A stretch of 64,000 bases of DNA from Planctomycetota bacterium (GCA_965223845.1 CBDCXR010000004.1:2176001-2240000); one strand, 5' to 3'. Positions 1 to 8,347 are shown, counted from the first letter of the stretch. Numbers and translations are program-made. The notes: generated from the sequence alone by a model not told the origin.

Positions 1-1731
1 GTCGGCGCGTGCTTGGTGCTCGCTGCGATCGCGGCGGGCACCGGTTCGGCGTGCCGTCCTTCGGCGACGCCAACCGAAACGCCCGCGCCGATCGCGCGGT
101 CGGAGGCGACTCCCGCGGCGGCGCCGACCGGCGAAGCCGATCGCGTTCGGCTCGTCGACGTCGCCGCAGCGCGGGGGCTCACGCGTCCGTCCGCGGCGGG
201 TAGCGACGAAAAGTTCGCGATCCTCGAGAACATAGGCTCGGGCTGCGCCCTTTTCGACGCGAACGGCGACGGGAGGCTCGACGTTTACCTTGGAAATGGT
301 GGACGCCTCGAGCAAGCGAAGGAGCAGCGCGGCGACGGCGGCTCCCTGTGGCTCCAAGAGTCGTCCGGGAGCTTCCGCGATGTCACCTCGTCCGCCGGGC
401 TCGAGTTCGACGGCTGGGTCACCGGCCTCGCGGTTGGCGATGTCGAAGGCGATGGCGACGAGGATCTCTTCGTCGCGTGCTACGGACGGAATCGGCTCTA
501 CATCAACGACGGCGAAGGCACGTTCACCGAACGCGGCGCGGAATTCGGACTCGCCGGTACGGAGCTGAGCGCGAGTGCGGTCTTTCTCGATTTCGACCGC
601 GATGGCTGGCTCGACCTCTACGTCGCGAACTACGTCGAGATCGATTGGAGCGCGCTCCCGAACGACGGCCATCCTTGCCTCACCTCCGGCGTCTCGACGT
701 CCTGCGGACCGAGTTTCTACTCGCCCGAGGCGGACCGGCTCTACCGCGGGCGCGGCGGCGCTCGGTTCGAGGACGTGTCCGACCGCGCCGGGATCGCGTC
801 TTCCGCCGGCGCGTACGGTCTCGGCGTCGCGGCCGGTGACCTCGATCGCGACGGGTGGACGGACATCTACGTCGCGAACGACAGCACGCCAAACGTGCTC
901 TGGCGCAATCGCGGCGACGGCACCTTCGAAGATTCGGCGCTCTGGAGCGGAGTGGCCCTGAGCGAGCACGGTCAGGGTCAAGCTGGAATGGGCGTCGATC
1001 TCGCCGATGCCAACGGCGATGGCATCCTCGACATCGCGGTGACGAACTACGCCGAGGAGTACTACTCGGTTTACGCGAGCATCGGCGCCGGTGACTTCGA
1101 GGACGTCTCCCACCGCTGGGGAATCGCCTCGGCGACGCGGCCGCTTCTCGGCTGGGGCGTGAAATGGCTCGACGTCGAGAACGACGGCGACCTCGACCTA
1201 TTCACGGCGAACGGACATGTCTACCCGCAGGCGGATCGTCTCCCGGACGGCTCCCCTTACGCGCAGCGCTGCGTGCTCTTGCGTCGGACCGGAGACGCGA
1301 ATTCGTACAAGGAAGTGGCGGACGTTCCCGCCGGCACGCGCTCACATCGCGCCGCAGCGGTGGGGGACATCGACCGCGACGGCGACCTCGACCTTGTCGT
1401 CACCGCTCTCGACGCACCGCCGCGGCTATTCGAGAATCGATCGACGCCGCGCGGAACTTGGGTGCGCCTGCGACTCGTGGGTTCCGGGCCCAACCGAGAC
1501 GCGATCGGTGCGCGCGTCACTCTCCGTGCCGGCGGATCCTCTCAGCTGCGCGAAGTGAGCCGCGGCGGAAGCTATCTCGCATCGAGCGAAGTGACGCTCC
1601 ACTTCGGGCTCCGCGACCACGCGAGCCCGGTCACGGCTGAAATCGCCTGGCCATCGGGACGGACGGAGACGATCTCGGTCGCGGTGAATCGCGAGCACCG
1701 CGTCGTCGAACGCGCAGCGGGCGAGGATTAA
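1..1731 (+). CDS. CRTAC1-family protein (FG-GAP/VCBS repeats + C-terminal ASPIC/UnbV domain), probable lipoprotein; probably 5'-truncated by the window
   Basis: Repeated DxDxDGxxD motifs (FDANGDGRLD, DFDRDGWLD, DLDRDGWTD, DIDRDGDLD) and C-terminal NRDAIGARV..GGSYLAS..LHFGL..WPSG. Frame is open from base 1. Confidence 0.9.
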   Translation, partial: VGACLVLAAIAAGTGSACRPSATPTETPAPIARSEATPAAAPTGEADRVRLVDVAAARGLTRPSAAGSDEKFAILENIGSGCALFDANGDGRLDVYLGNGGRLEQAKEQRGDGGSLWLQESSGSFRDVTSSAGLEFDGWVTGLAVGDVEGDGDEDLFVACYGRNRLYINDGEGTFTERGAEFGLAGTELSASAVFLDFDRDGWLDLYVANYVEIDWSALPNDGHPCLTSGVSTSCGPSFYSPEADRLYRGRGGARFEDVSDRAGIASSAGAYGLGVAAGDLDRDGWTDIYVANDSTPNVLWRNRGDGTFEDSALWSGVALSEHGQGQAGMGVDLADANGDGILDIAVTNYAEEYYSVYASIGAGDFEDVSHRWGIASATRPLLGWGVKWLDVENDGDLDLFTANGHVYPQADRLPDGSPYAQRCVLLRRTGDANSYKEVADVPAGTRSHRAAAVGDIDRDGDLDLVVTALDAPPRLFENRSTPRGTWVRLRLVGSGPNRDAIGARVTLRAGGSSQLREVSRGGSYLASSEVTLHFGLRDHASPVTAEIAWPSGRTETISVAVNREHRVVERAAGED

Positions 1732-1774
1732 GCCGACTCGCGCGCGCGGTTCCCAACCGAAGCCCGCCGGCAGT

Positions 1775-2680
1775 CTACCCGTCCTCGGCGGACTCGATTC
1801 CCGCCTCCGAGAGCGCTCTGAGAACAGCGTTTCGACCGTCGCCTTCGAGCGGAAGTAGAGGTGGACGCGGCGCCCCTACCCGGTAGCCGAGGTGCTCGAG
1901 CGCGCACTTCAGTCCGGCGACACCGAACCGCGCCGTGACGGCGGCGTTCACATCGAGAAGGGCGGTCTGTTCAGCGCGCGACTCGTCGAATCGCCCCGCT
2001 CGAGTGCCCTCGAAGATGCGGACGCAACGCCTCGGCGCGACATTCGCGAGCGCGAGGATCCCTCCGTGAGCACCGAGGCACGTCGAGGCGAAGAGGTGGC
2101 TCCCGAGTCCTGCGTACACCCGAAAGCCGGGCGAAGTATCGCGGAGGATCGTCGCGAGGAACGCGGGGTTTCCCGAGGTGTCCTTGATCCCGGCGATGTT
2201 CGGATGCTCCGAGAGGCGAGCGACGAGCGACGGCGAGAACTCGACCGGTGCGAACTTCGGCACGTAGTAGAGCACGACCGGGATGGGCACGGCATCGGCG
2301 ATCGCACGGTAGTGCGTCTCGAGAACCGTTTCGTTCATCGCCGAGCGGTAGTAGGCCGGCGGAACGATGAGCGCCGCCTTCACTCCTGCGTTCGCGGCGG
2401 CGCGCGTCAACTCGATGGTGTGACGCGTCGATGGCCGGCCGGTCCCGGCGATGAGAAACTTGTCCGTCGTCGCCTTGGCCAAGCGAAAGCACTCGACGGA
2501 CTCCTCGTCCGAAAGATGCACACTCTCGCCGTTGGAGCCGCAGACGACGTATCCCGCGAGATCGGTCGCGTCCCACTGGCGAAGATTGTGCGCGAAACCT
2601 TCGCGATCGAGACCGCCATCGGCGTCGAACGCTGTCGGTATCGGAGGTAGGACGCCGGCAGGGAGTACGCTCTCGCTCAC
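1775..2680 (-). CDS. DHDPS/NAL-family class I aldolase (4-hydroxy-2-oxoglutarate aldolase-like)
   Basis: GVLPPIPTAF, GSNGE (rather than DapA GTTGE), LYYVP, Schiff-base Lys in GIKDTSG. GTGA overlap with the upstream PFK gene. Confidence 0.85.
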   Translation of the reverse strand: MSESVLPAGVLPPIPTAFDADGGLDREGFAHNLRQWDATDLAGYVVCGSNGESVHLSDEESVECFRLAKATTDKFLIAGTGRPSTRHTIELTRAAANAGVKAALIVPPAYYRSAMNETVLETHYRAIADAVPIPVVLYYVPKFAPVEFSPSLVARLSEHPNIAGIKDTSGNPAFLATILRDTSPGFRVYAGLGSHLFASTCLGAHGGILALANVAPRRCVRIFEGTRAGRFDESRAEQTALLDVNAAVTARFGVAGLKCALEHLGYRVGAPRPPLLPLEGDGRNAVLRALSEAGIESAEDG

Positions 2681-3891
2681 AAGTCGATCTTCGCCACCGC
2701 GAAGTCGTCTAAGGATCCTATTTCGGGGAGCCCCCCCGTCAGCGGCAAGGCGTAGTCGATGAATGCACGCGAAATGTCGTTTCCGGAGGAAGAGAGGAAC
2801 TCGGGCGCGAGCGAGCGCGTTCTGCGGGCGACGCTCGAAAGCTCGGTGAGGAAGTACTCTACGTCGTACGCGCCGCCGGCGAGTCGCCGCATCGCGACGG
2901 ACGTGCTCGACACCTCGCCGCTCAGAACGGCCTTCACCGCCTCAGCGCCGACCGCTCGCGCTTCGCGCGCGTCGACGTCGGAGATGCTTCCCGGAAACGA
3001 GCGCTGGAGATACCCGAAAGTATCGGCGCGCACGCGCTCCACTCCGAGGCGACGTCGAATGGTGCCCGCGAGTTTGTCGCCGAGCGCGCCGGACCCCGAG
3101 AGCTGAGGGTTACCGTGAGAGTCGAGGTCGCCGGTCGAGCCGATCGGATTCCCGGCTTCGTCCTCGATCCCCTCCGAAACCGCGATGACGCACCGTCCGT
3201 ACTTCTGCAGGCAAGCCTCGACATCACCGCAGAAGCGGTCGAGGCTGAACTTCACCTCGGGCACGTAGATCAGGTGCGGCCCGTCGTCCTCGCGCTGCCG
3301 ACCGAGCGCGGCCGCCGCGGTGAGGAAGCCGGCGCTCCGGCCCATGATCACGTTGATCTTGACTCCGGCTAGCGCGCGATTGTCGAGGTTGTCCCCCATC
3401 AGCGCGAGCGCGACGAACCGCGCGGCCGAGCCGAAACCGGGACAGTGATCCGTGACGAGGAGATCATTGTCGATTGTCTTCGGAATGTGCGCGACGCGAA
3501 AGTCGTAGCCGCTCTCCTGCGCGAGCTCGTCGATGATGTTCGCGGTCTCGGCGCTGTCGTTGCCCCCGATATAGAAAAAGTACCGGACGTCGTGCGCGCG
3601 CAGAATCTTGAACAGACGCTCGCAATGATCCCGATCGGGCTTCATGCGGACCGAGCCGAGGCCGGCCGACGGGGTGCGGGCGAGAACCTCGAGACGCTCG
3701 CGGGACTGGCTCCCCAGATCGACGAAGTTCTGCTCCAGGATGCCATGGATCCCGTGTCGCGCCCCGTAGATCGCGGTGATCGCGTCGTGTTTCGCGGCCT
3801 CCTCGATCGCGCCGACCAGACTTTGATTGATCACCGCGGTCGGACCGCCCGATTGACCGATGACCGCCTTTCCTCGCGGGATACTCGTCAT
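2677..3891 (-). CDS. pfp: Pyrophosphate-dependent 6-phosphofructokinase
   Basis: QSGGPTAVIN, IGGNDS (Asp typical of PPi-dependent enzymes), PKTIDND, MGRSAG, VSEG, GYLQR. Confidence 0.88.
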   Translation of the reverse strand: MTSIPRGKAVIGQSGGPTAVINQSLVGAIEEAAKHDAITAIYGARHGIHGILEQNFVDLGSQSRERLEVLARTPSAGLGSVRMKPDRDHCERLFKILRAHDVRYFFYIGGNDSAETANIIDELAQESGYDFRVAHIPKTIDNDLLVTDHCPGFGSAARFVALALMGDNLDNRALAGVKINVIMGRSAGFLTAAAALGRQREDDGPHLIYVPEVKFSLDRFCGDVEACLQKYGRCVIAVSEGIEDEAGNPIGSTGDLDSHGNPQLSGSGALGDKLAGTIRRRLGVERVRADTFGYLQRSFPGSISDVDAREARAVGAEAVKAVLSGEVSSTSVAMRRLAGGAYDVEYFLTELSSVARRTRSLAPEFLSSSGNDISRAFIDYALPLTGGLPEIGSLDDFAVAKIDL

Positions 3892-4386
3892 GAAACTACC
3901 AGATCCTTTTCGCCGTCCGCGCGCACGAACTCGATCGAGAATGGAGCGTCGTCAGTGAATGAACGTCGTTAGTGAACCAGGCGCCGACGCTCGGCGTCGG
4001 CCGAGCGCTGCGAACCCACGCTCGCCCGCGACTCGTGGCGGACGCAGCATCCGCCCGCGCCGCGATCGCCGCGTGTCCCACCTCAATCTGCCCGGTTCGG
4101 CGCGCCTCCGTGCGGGCGACGGCGACCAGCCAACTCGGCGGGGCCCTCGACCGCCCGACCGAAGAGTACCGCGGGAAACGAGACCGCCGGCCCGCATCGC
4201 ACCCGCACCCGTAGAGCGGCGCTCCTGAGCTAAGTCGCGGCGTGATGCGTTGATCCGGATGGAGCCGAGTCGAGACGTTGTACTCGATCCGGCCGCCGAG
4301 ACGAAAGCGAATTCCTCCGCGGCAGAGCGCGAACAAGCACCTCCCAATCGTACACAACCCCTTATCTCACAAACGCTTATTCAGAG

Positions 4387-4415
4387 TTGCAAACCGCCTA
4401 GCCCGACTCTATACT
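4387..4415 (+). promoter_or_regulatory. sigma70-type promoter for the H1-DksA gene
   Basis: TTGCAA (4387-4392), 17 nt spacer, TATACT (4410-4415), in a locally AT-richer stretch. Confidence 0.65.
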
Positions 4416-4590
4416 TTCGCACCCTTCGCTCCGGGGGCGACGACGCATCCGCCCACGCGAAGGGAGCAAACGAGTGTGGGGCTCCCGAGTTGAGCGCCCA
4501 TGACGCTCGATCGAGAGTCGAGATGAGTGACCGAGACCTGACGCGGCGCCGGCGCCGCGGGTGCTGGCTCTGGCAATCGGGACCTTAGCG

Positions 4591-5427
4591 ATGGCGAAGA
4601 AGACGACGAAGAAGAAATCGGCGGCCGCCGCTAAGTCGAAGAAGAGCCCGGCGAAGAAGAGCCCGGCGAAGAAGAAAAGCCCCGCGAAAAAGAAGACCCC
4701 GGCGAAGAAGAAGGCGGCTGCGAAAAAGACGAGCGCGAAAGCCGGCGCGGGGAAGAAGAAAGCCGCCCCGAAGAAGAAGACCCCCGCGAAAAAGAAAGCC
4801 ACCGCCAAGAAGGCACCGGCGAAGAAGACCGCCAAAAAGAAAACCGCCGCAAAGAAGACGGTGGCGAAGAAAGCCGCCGCAAAAAAGGCGAGTACGAAGA
4901 AGGCCCCGCGGTCCGCCGCCTCCAGTACGGCGAAGAAGAAATCGTCCGCGAAATCCCCGGCGCGGGCCGCGGCCTCGGCCGCTACGCTTCGCGGATTCGA
5001 CGACGCCGCCGAGAAGCCGATCAAGCCTCGGAAAACACCCAAAAATATGCGGTCGGGACTCGGACGGATTCGAAAGGCCCTGATCGCAAAGCGTGAAGTC
5101 CTCAAGCAGCAGCTTCAGTCCGAGCTGAGCGAGCTCGAGCGTCCGGAGAAAAGGCATCGAGCCGATCTCGAGGAGATCGCGAGCGATACGCACGACACCG
5201 ATTCGCTCTGCCACATCATGGACATCAACTCGAGCCAGCTCGATCAGATCGACGCGGCGATCGCGAAGATCGACGCCGGGACGTACGGAATCTGCGAAGA
5301 TTGCAACGAAGAGATTCCGCTCCCTCGACTCGAAGCGCTCCCCTTTGCCACCCAGTGCATCGAGTGCAAGAAGAAGGCCGAGGTCGAGGCGCAGTTTTCG
5401 TCGTTCTACGGCGGTTACGAACGCTGA
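4591..5427 (+). CDS. TraR/DksA C4-zinc-finger protein with long N-terminal histone-H1-like Lys/Ala-rich region
   Basis: ATG at 4591; ~130 aa of KK(S/T)PAKK/KKAAAKK repeats, then coiled coil with DLEEIA tip and GTYGICEDC..IPLPRLEALPFATQCIEC. Confidence 0.9.
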   Translation: MAKKTTKKKSAAAAKSKKSPAKKSPAKKKSPAKKKTPAKKKAAAKKTSAKAGAGKKKAAPKKKTPAKKKATAKKAPAKKTAKKKTAAKKTVAKKAAAKKASTKKAPRSAASSTAKKKSSAKSPARAAASAATLRGFDDAAEKPIKPRKTPKNMRSGLGRIRKALIAKREVLKQQLQSELSELERPEKRHRADLEEIASDTHDTDSLCHIMDINSSQLDQIDAAIAKIDAGTYGICEDCNEEIPLPRLEALPFATQCIECKKKAEVEAQFSSFYGGYER

Positions 5428-5457
5428 CGTTCGCGTCCGTGCGTAGACGTTGGACTC

Positions 5458-5659
5458 GGCCGAGCGGAGCGCGACGGACTCGACGCTGACTCCCGGCAGC
5501 TCGGCTAAGAAACAGCCACTCCGACCGGGACGCGGCCAAGAACTGGCCGGAATCGGTAACTCCCTTTGCATGAAAGAGTTACCGGAATGAGGCGGTTCGA
5601 GCTGACGCTGGAAGAGCGCAGTTTTTGGCCGTCCGGTCCATCAGGGCCAGTGCTCGGCC
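5458..5659 (+). ncRNA. Candidate structured ncRNA (long irregular hairpin), family unknown
   Basis: Nested complementarity: 5458-5465/5652-5659, 5534-5545/5619-5630 (12 bp, one G-U on + strand), 5554-5562/5576-5584. Confidence 0.35.
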
Positions 5660-5737
5660 TGCGGAGCGAGCCATCGAATCAAGGGCAACCCTCGACTAGG
5701 TAAGCACTTAGACAAATATCGATCCGATCTGGATTCG

Positions 5738-5753
5738 AGGCCCATGGGTTGCT
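5738..5753 (+). promoter_or_regulatory. sigma54-like -24/-12 promoter
   Basis: AGGCCCATGGGTTGCT: GG(5739-40)-N10-GC(5751-52) with TTGCT at -12; the -24 box deviates from TGGCAC. Confidence 0.4.
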
Positions 5754-5763
5754 TAGTAGTGCA

Positions 5764-5951
5764 CCCGAGAGAGGGTAGGGATGCAGCCGTGGGATGATTT
5801 CGAGGAGTGAAGGGCTCCTCGGGTCGCGGGTATGGTTGGAGGGCGGGGAATGAGGGAAGTCGGAGGGCCGAGGGCACCCACGATTCTCTTGAGACTTGCT
5901 TCATTTCTTACGGAAGGGCGCCAGAGAAGACGGTCTGGCGTCCTTTTTTTT
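5764..5951 (+). ncRNA. Candidate G-rich small RNA with repeated AGGG/GGA motifs
   Basis: Lies between the sigma54-like promoter and a strong terminator; 11 GGG tracts in 5773-5874 and 8 GGA; no credible ORF. Confidence 0.4.
5916..5951 (+). terminator. Rho-independent terminator
   Basis: GGGCGCCAGA/TCTGGCGTCC 10 bp stem, 8 nt loop, followed by T8. Confidence 0.85.
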
Positions 5952-6469
5952 GTTCGCGAACACGGGCCGGGACACGGTGGTGACCGGTCATGGGATGTGC
6001 GGGACTTGGTCGCGGCCCGAACGGGATTTTTTTTTTGCGCGCGACACGGTCGGGATCTACCATGACCTTCAGACTCGGTGAAGTCGGGCGGCAGGGACAT
6101 CGGTTCCGGCGCCAGGTGTAGGAGCTTCGTTAGAGTCTCGTTCGATCGCCGGCTCGATTCTCCGAATCGGCGGATCGACTCTCAGCTACGAAATTCGCAA
6201 GGGGGGGTCGGGCAGTCAAGGAGTGGCGCAACGAAGAACGTTCGCGGTCCGGCTGTTAGCGGATTGGTGGGGCGGTCTCAGTACCGCTCTTCACCGAGGC
6301 CGAGAGTCGGCCTCTCCGAGGATCGGATCGTGACGTCAGGATCAGCGACGCTCAGTGGCCGAAACTGGTCGCCGTAACCACGCGGCGGTCGCTTCGAACG
6401 AGCCCCAGATCCCCCAGCGGGCAACGATCCGCCCGAGCTTAGATTTTTCATTTTTTTCTCCTCGTTTGT

Positions 6470-6501
6470 GCCCCCTCGTGTTCCGCACGGGGGGGTTTTT
6501 T
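6470..6501 (+). terminator. Rho-independent terminator
   Basis: CCCCCTCGTG-TTCCG-CACGGGGGGG followed by T6. Confidence 0.85.
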
Positions 6502-6803
6502 CATTGCGAACGCTTGGGGTAGTCTCCGCGCGCGCGGGCCCGCGAAGCGGCGAATCGTGAGACCGCCGATCCCAGCCGAGAGGAAGCGTTCCCGGACTAC
6601 ACGCACCGAGCTCTAGGGGTCTCAGCGTCGTGCTCGACGAATCGTTCTGAGGAACTCAGGATTCCCCGGGCGAGCCGACCCCGAGGAACTCTCGCAGAAG
6701 CACTCGGCGTCGCGGCCCTAGCGGCGCTGGTCGTGGGACTTCTCGCTGCGGACCCCTCACGCCTCAAACGTCGCGGTGACGAAGTGGGTCGGAGCGTTCG
6801 ACC

Positions 6804-7046
6804 TCAATGGTCGTTTGTCGGCGGCGTTCTGCTTCCCAGGAGCCGGTTTAGACCGAACCCTCCGCCGACGATCGCGAAGGCCACGGAAAGCCGGAGAGCC
6901 CAATCGAGGTACCCGTCCACCAGCGATCCAAGGACGAATCCGACGACCGGAAAGCCTACGAGTAGAAGCGCGATTCTCAGTCGGGAAGCGATCGTCCACT
7001 CTCCTGCCGTCTCTTTCCCTACCGTCGATCGTCGAGCGCACGACAT
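6804..7046 (-). CDS. Small two-helix membrane protein, AtpZ/AtpI-like
   Basis: Pattern 'VGFVLGSLVDGYLDW..AFAIVGGGFG' resembles AtpZ family GxxxGxxxD hairpin proteins; start uncertain. Confidence 0.55.
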   Translation of the reverse strand: MSCARRSTVGKETAGEWTIASRLRIALLLVGFPVVGFVLGSLVDGYLDWALRLSVAFAIVGGGFGLNRLLGSRTPPTNDH

Positions 7047-7114
7047 TCCCGCCGCTCATCAAGCCGATAGCTCGGCTCCCGCGACGACGCGCATCTGGCC
7101 GGGACAAACGGGCG

Positions 7115-8347
7115 CTACTCGCACCCGAGCGAATCGGTGATCTGCGAGTCGCGGCCGGGCTGCGGGTAGGGATCGAACGGCGCACGACCGCCCGCGAACA
7201 AATGGAGGGCGAGCGAGATCGCGTCCGAGATCACGATCGAGCCGTCGTCGTCGAAATCTGCCGCGTCCTCGCAGGGGAATCCGGCTCCCTGATAGAGCCC
7301 CGCGAGGACTCCGACGACATCGGAGAGATTGACGCTTCCGTCGCGATTCACGTCACCGCGGACGAAGAGCTCGGTGGGCTCGACGACATCGACGCGGAGG
7401 TCGCAGACCGAATAGAACTGAGGGCGGCCGTCCCGCGACAGCTCGTTCACGATCGCTGGCGACGTCGCCGTTTCGGGAATCGAATGAAACTCGATCTCGT
7501 AGCGGTCGCCCGGCCGCGCGTCGTCTGAAATGCCGAACTCGAGCCACGCGATCGTCTGATCGTGGAGAGCGGGGAGCGTCGCAAAGGTGTCGCCGAACGT
7601 CATCGCTGCGGTAAGGGCGAGAAAACCCTCGTCGAGCTGCCCGTCGAACTCGTGGACCCACGCCGGGGCGACGTCCACTCGATCGTACACGGCACCGCTC
7701 ACGTCCAGGCCTTTGAAGCGGATCTCCGGCGCCGACGAGTGGAAACTGAGAGTGAAACCTTCCACCGCGCCCGTCGTCGTCAACTGCACGGGCACACGCA
7801 CGGAGCGCTGACCCGGAATCACCTCGACGTGGCGACGAAAGTGAATGAACTCGAGATCCGCGACTCCGTCGTCGTGGGATTCGCAGGGTCCCCGGTGGCG
7901 GACGAAGCTCGCCGCGCCTTCCGCCTCCGCGTCGCGATCGTCCGCTCCCTTCGCGTCACGAGCGATCGGAAGCACCGGGCGCGGACCGCTCTCGCAGCTC
8001 AGTGAGTCGAGCGTGGAGTCCGTTCCGAGCACCTTGTACGGCGGGGGGATCGGGCTATGCCGATAGAAAAGCGTTCCTACGAGGTAGAGCGGATCGACGA
8101 GATCCAAGTGGCCACTGTCGTCGACGTCCGCGGCGTCCTCGCACCCGATCGACTCGCCGAGGTGCATATGGCGAAGGATGGTGAACACATCGGCGAGACT
8201 CAGAGCCCCGTCGGAATTCGCGTCCCCGCGATAGAAGGACGAGTCCGCCGCGCGCGCGGGCGCGGACAACCCAACGACACCGAACAACAGGCCGAGAAGC
8301 AGAATTCGGTACGCCCACCGGCCGCCGGCGATCCACCGAGCGTCCAT
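7115..8347 (-). CDS. Secreted protein with N- and C-terminal dockerin-like (paired EF-hand) domains and a central cohesin-like beta-sandwich
   Basis: Signal peptide ending APARA; FYRGDANSDG..CEDAADVDDSG..PPPY and FVRGDVNRDG..CEDAADFDDDG..DPYP; central VRVPVQL..VEGFTLSF. Start set at MDARW (8347). Confidence 0.8.
   Translation of the reverse strand: MDARWIAGGRWAYRILLLGLLFGVVGLSAPARAADSSFYRGDANSDGALSLADVFTILRHMHLGESIGCEDAADVDDSGHLDLVDPLYLVGTLFYRHSPIPPPYKVLGTDSTLDSLSCESGPRPVLPIARDAKGADDRDAEAEGAASFVRHRGPCESHDDGVADLEFIHFRRHVEVIPGQRSVRVPVQLTTTGAVEGFTLSFHSSAPEIRFKGLDVSGAVYDRVDVAPAWVHEFDGQLDEGFLALTAAMTFGDTFATLPALHDQTIAWLEFGISDDARPGDRYEIEFHSIPETATSPAIVNELSRDGRPQFYSVCDLRVDVVEPTELFVRGDVNRDGSVNLSDVVGVLAGLYQGAGFPCEDAADFDDDGSIVISDAISLALHLFAGGRAPFDPYPQPGRDSQITDSLGCE

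Noticed and set aside
4398-5105. Phe/Ala-rich 'membrane protein' ORF on the minus strand
   Set aside because: Antisense of the Lys/Ala repeat codons of the H1-DksA gene.
5851-5866. GAGGGAAGTCGG (and minus-strand GAGGAAGTC near 61092-61100) resembling RNase P GAGGAAAGTCC
   Set aside because: Mismatched core and none of the other universal RNase P motifs.
6265-6290. TGGTGGGGCGG, resembling the reverse complement of a tRNA/tmRNA CCA end
   Set aside because: No T-arm (TTCGA) at the expected distance and no cloverleaf.
6571-6590. CAGCCGAGAGGAAGCG resembling SRP RNA helix 8
   Set aside because: Lacks the CAGG/AGCA internal loop and the long flanking helix.
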